IMG/VR virus record: IMGVR_UViG_2568526635_000004
Coordinates: 1-15,494 of that record
DNA: 15,494 nt
Source of the DNA: a virus
Lineage: Duplodnaviria > Heunggongvirae > Uroviricota > Caudoviricetes
Reading direction: 5' to 3' (one strand)
Positions within the stretch are counted from its first letter, which is position 1; each line of letters starts with the position of its first letter. Below are positions 15,398-15,494 of this stretch, one piece after another. The position numbers and the translations under genes were made by a program. The notes beneath the pieces are model-generated. The model saw only the letters and a program-made list of their open reading frames with translations. It did no database searches and was not told where the DNA came from.

Positions 15398-15494
15398 AAA
15401 CACAATAATACAATATATATCAAATACATACACAAACAACCACGAACAAACCCGAACTGCAAAAAACACTAAATGAGAAAATACGGGTATTTCT

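Overview
The window is essentially one complete ~15.3 kb integrated mobile element bounded by ~76-bp imperfect direct repeats (13-88 and 15320-15397). All genes but one are on the minus strand. Reading in the direction of transcription (high to low coordinates): a P4-type tyrosine integrase, translationally coupled to a strongly AT-rich 331-aa cargo ORF of unknown function, then an AlpA-family regulator; a divergent plus-strand small ribbon-helix-helix-like regulator with operator-like dyads and its own terminator; an Ash/Icd-like ORF, three small ORFs and a 707-aa primase/helicase-type replication protein; an iteron array (origin-like) and an SSB-like gene; a small ORF with a strong terminator; then a complete HK97-type head and packaging operon (major capsid, prohead protease, portal, gp6-like connector, HNH endonuclease, small and large terminase) ending in a small coupled ORF. 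The last ~1.2 kb before the left repeat has no convincing ORF but holds a second iteron cluster and several repeat/dyad families. No tail, lysis or virion-host-recognition genes are present. My interpretation is a capsid-forming, tail-pirating phage satellite (cf-PICI-like, with P4-like integration/regulation/replication genes). The most novel-looking parts are the AT-rich cargo gene beside the integrase, the duplicated iteron clusters (ori plus a crr-like site) and the repeat-rich left noncoding region. All functional calls are from reading the translated ORFs and the DNA by eye; no database search was run, and GC estimates are visual.
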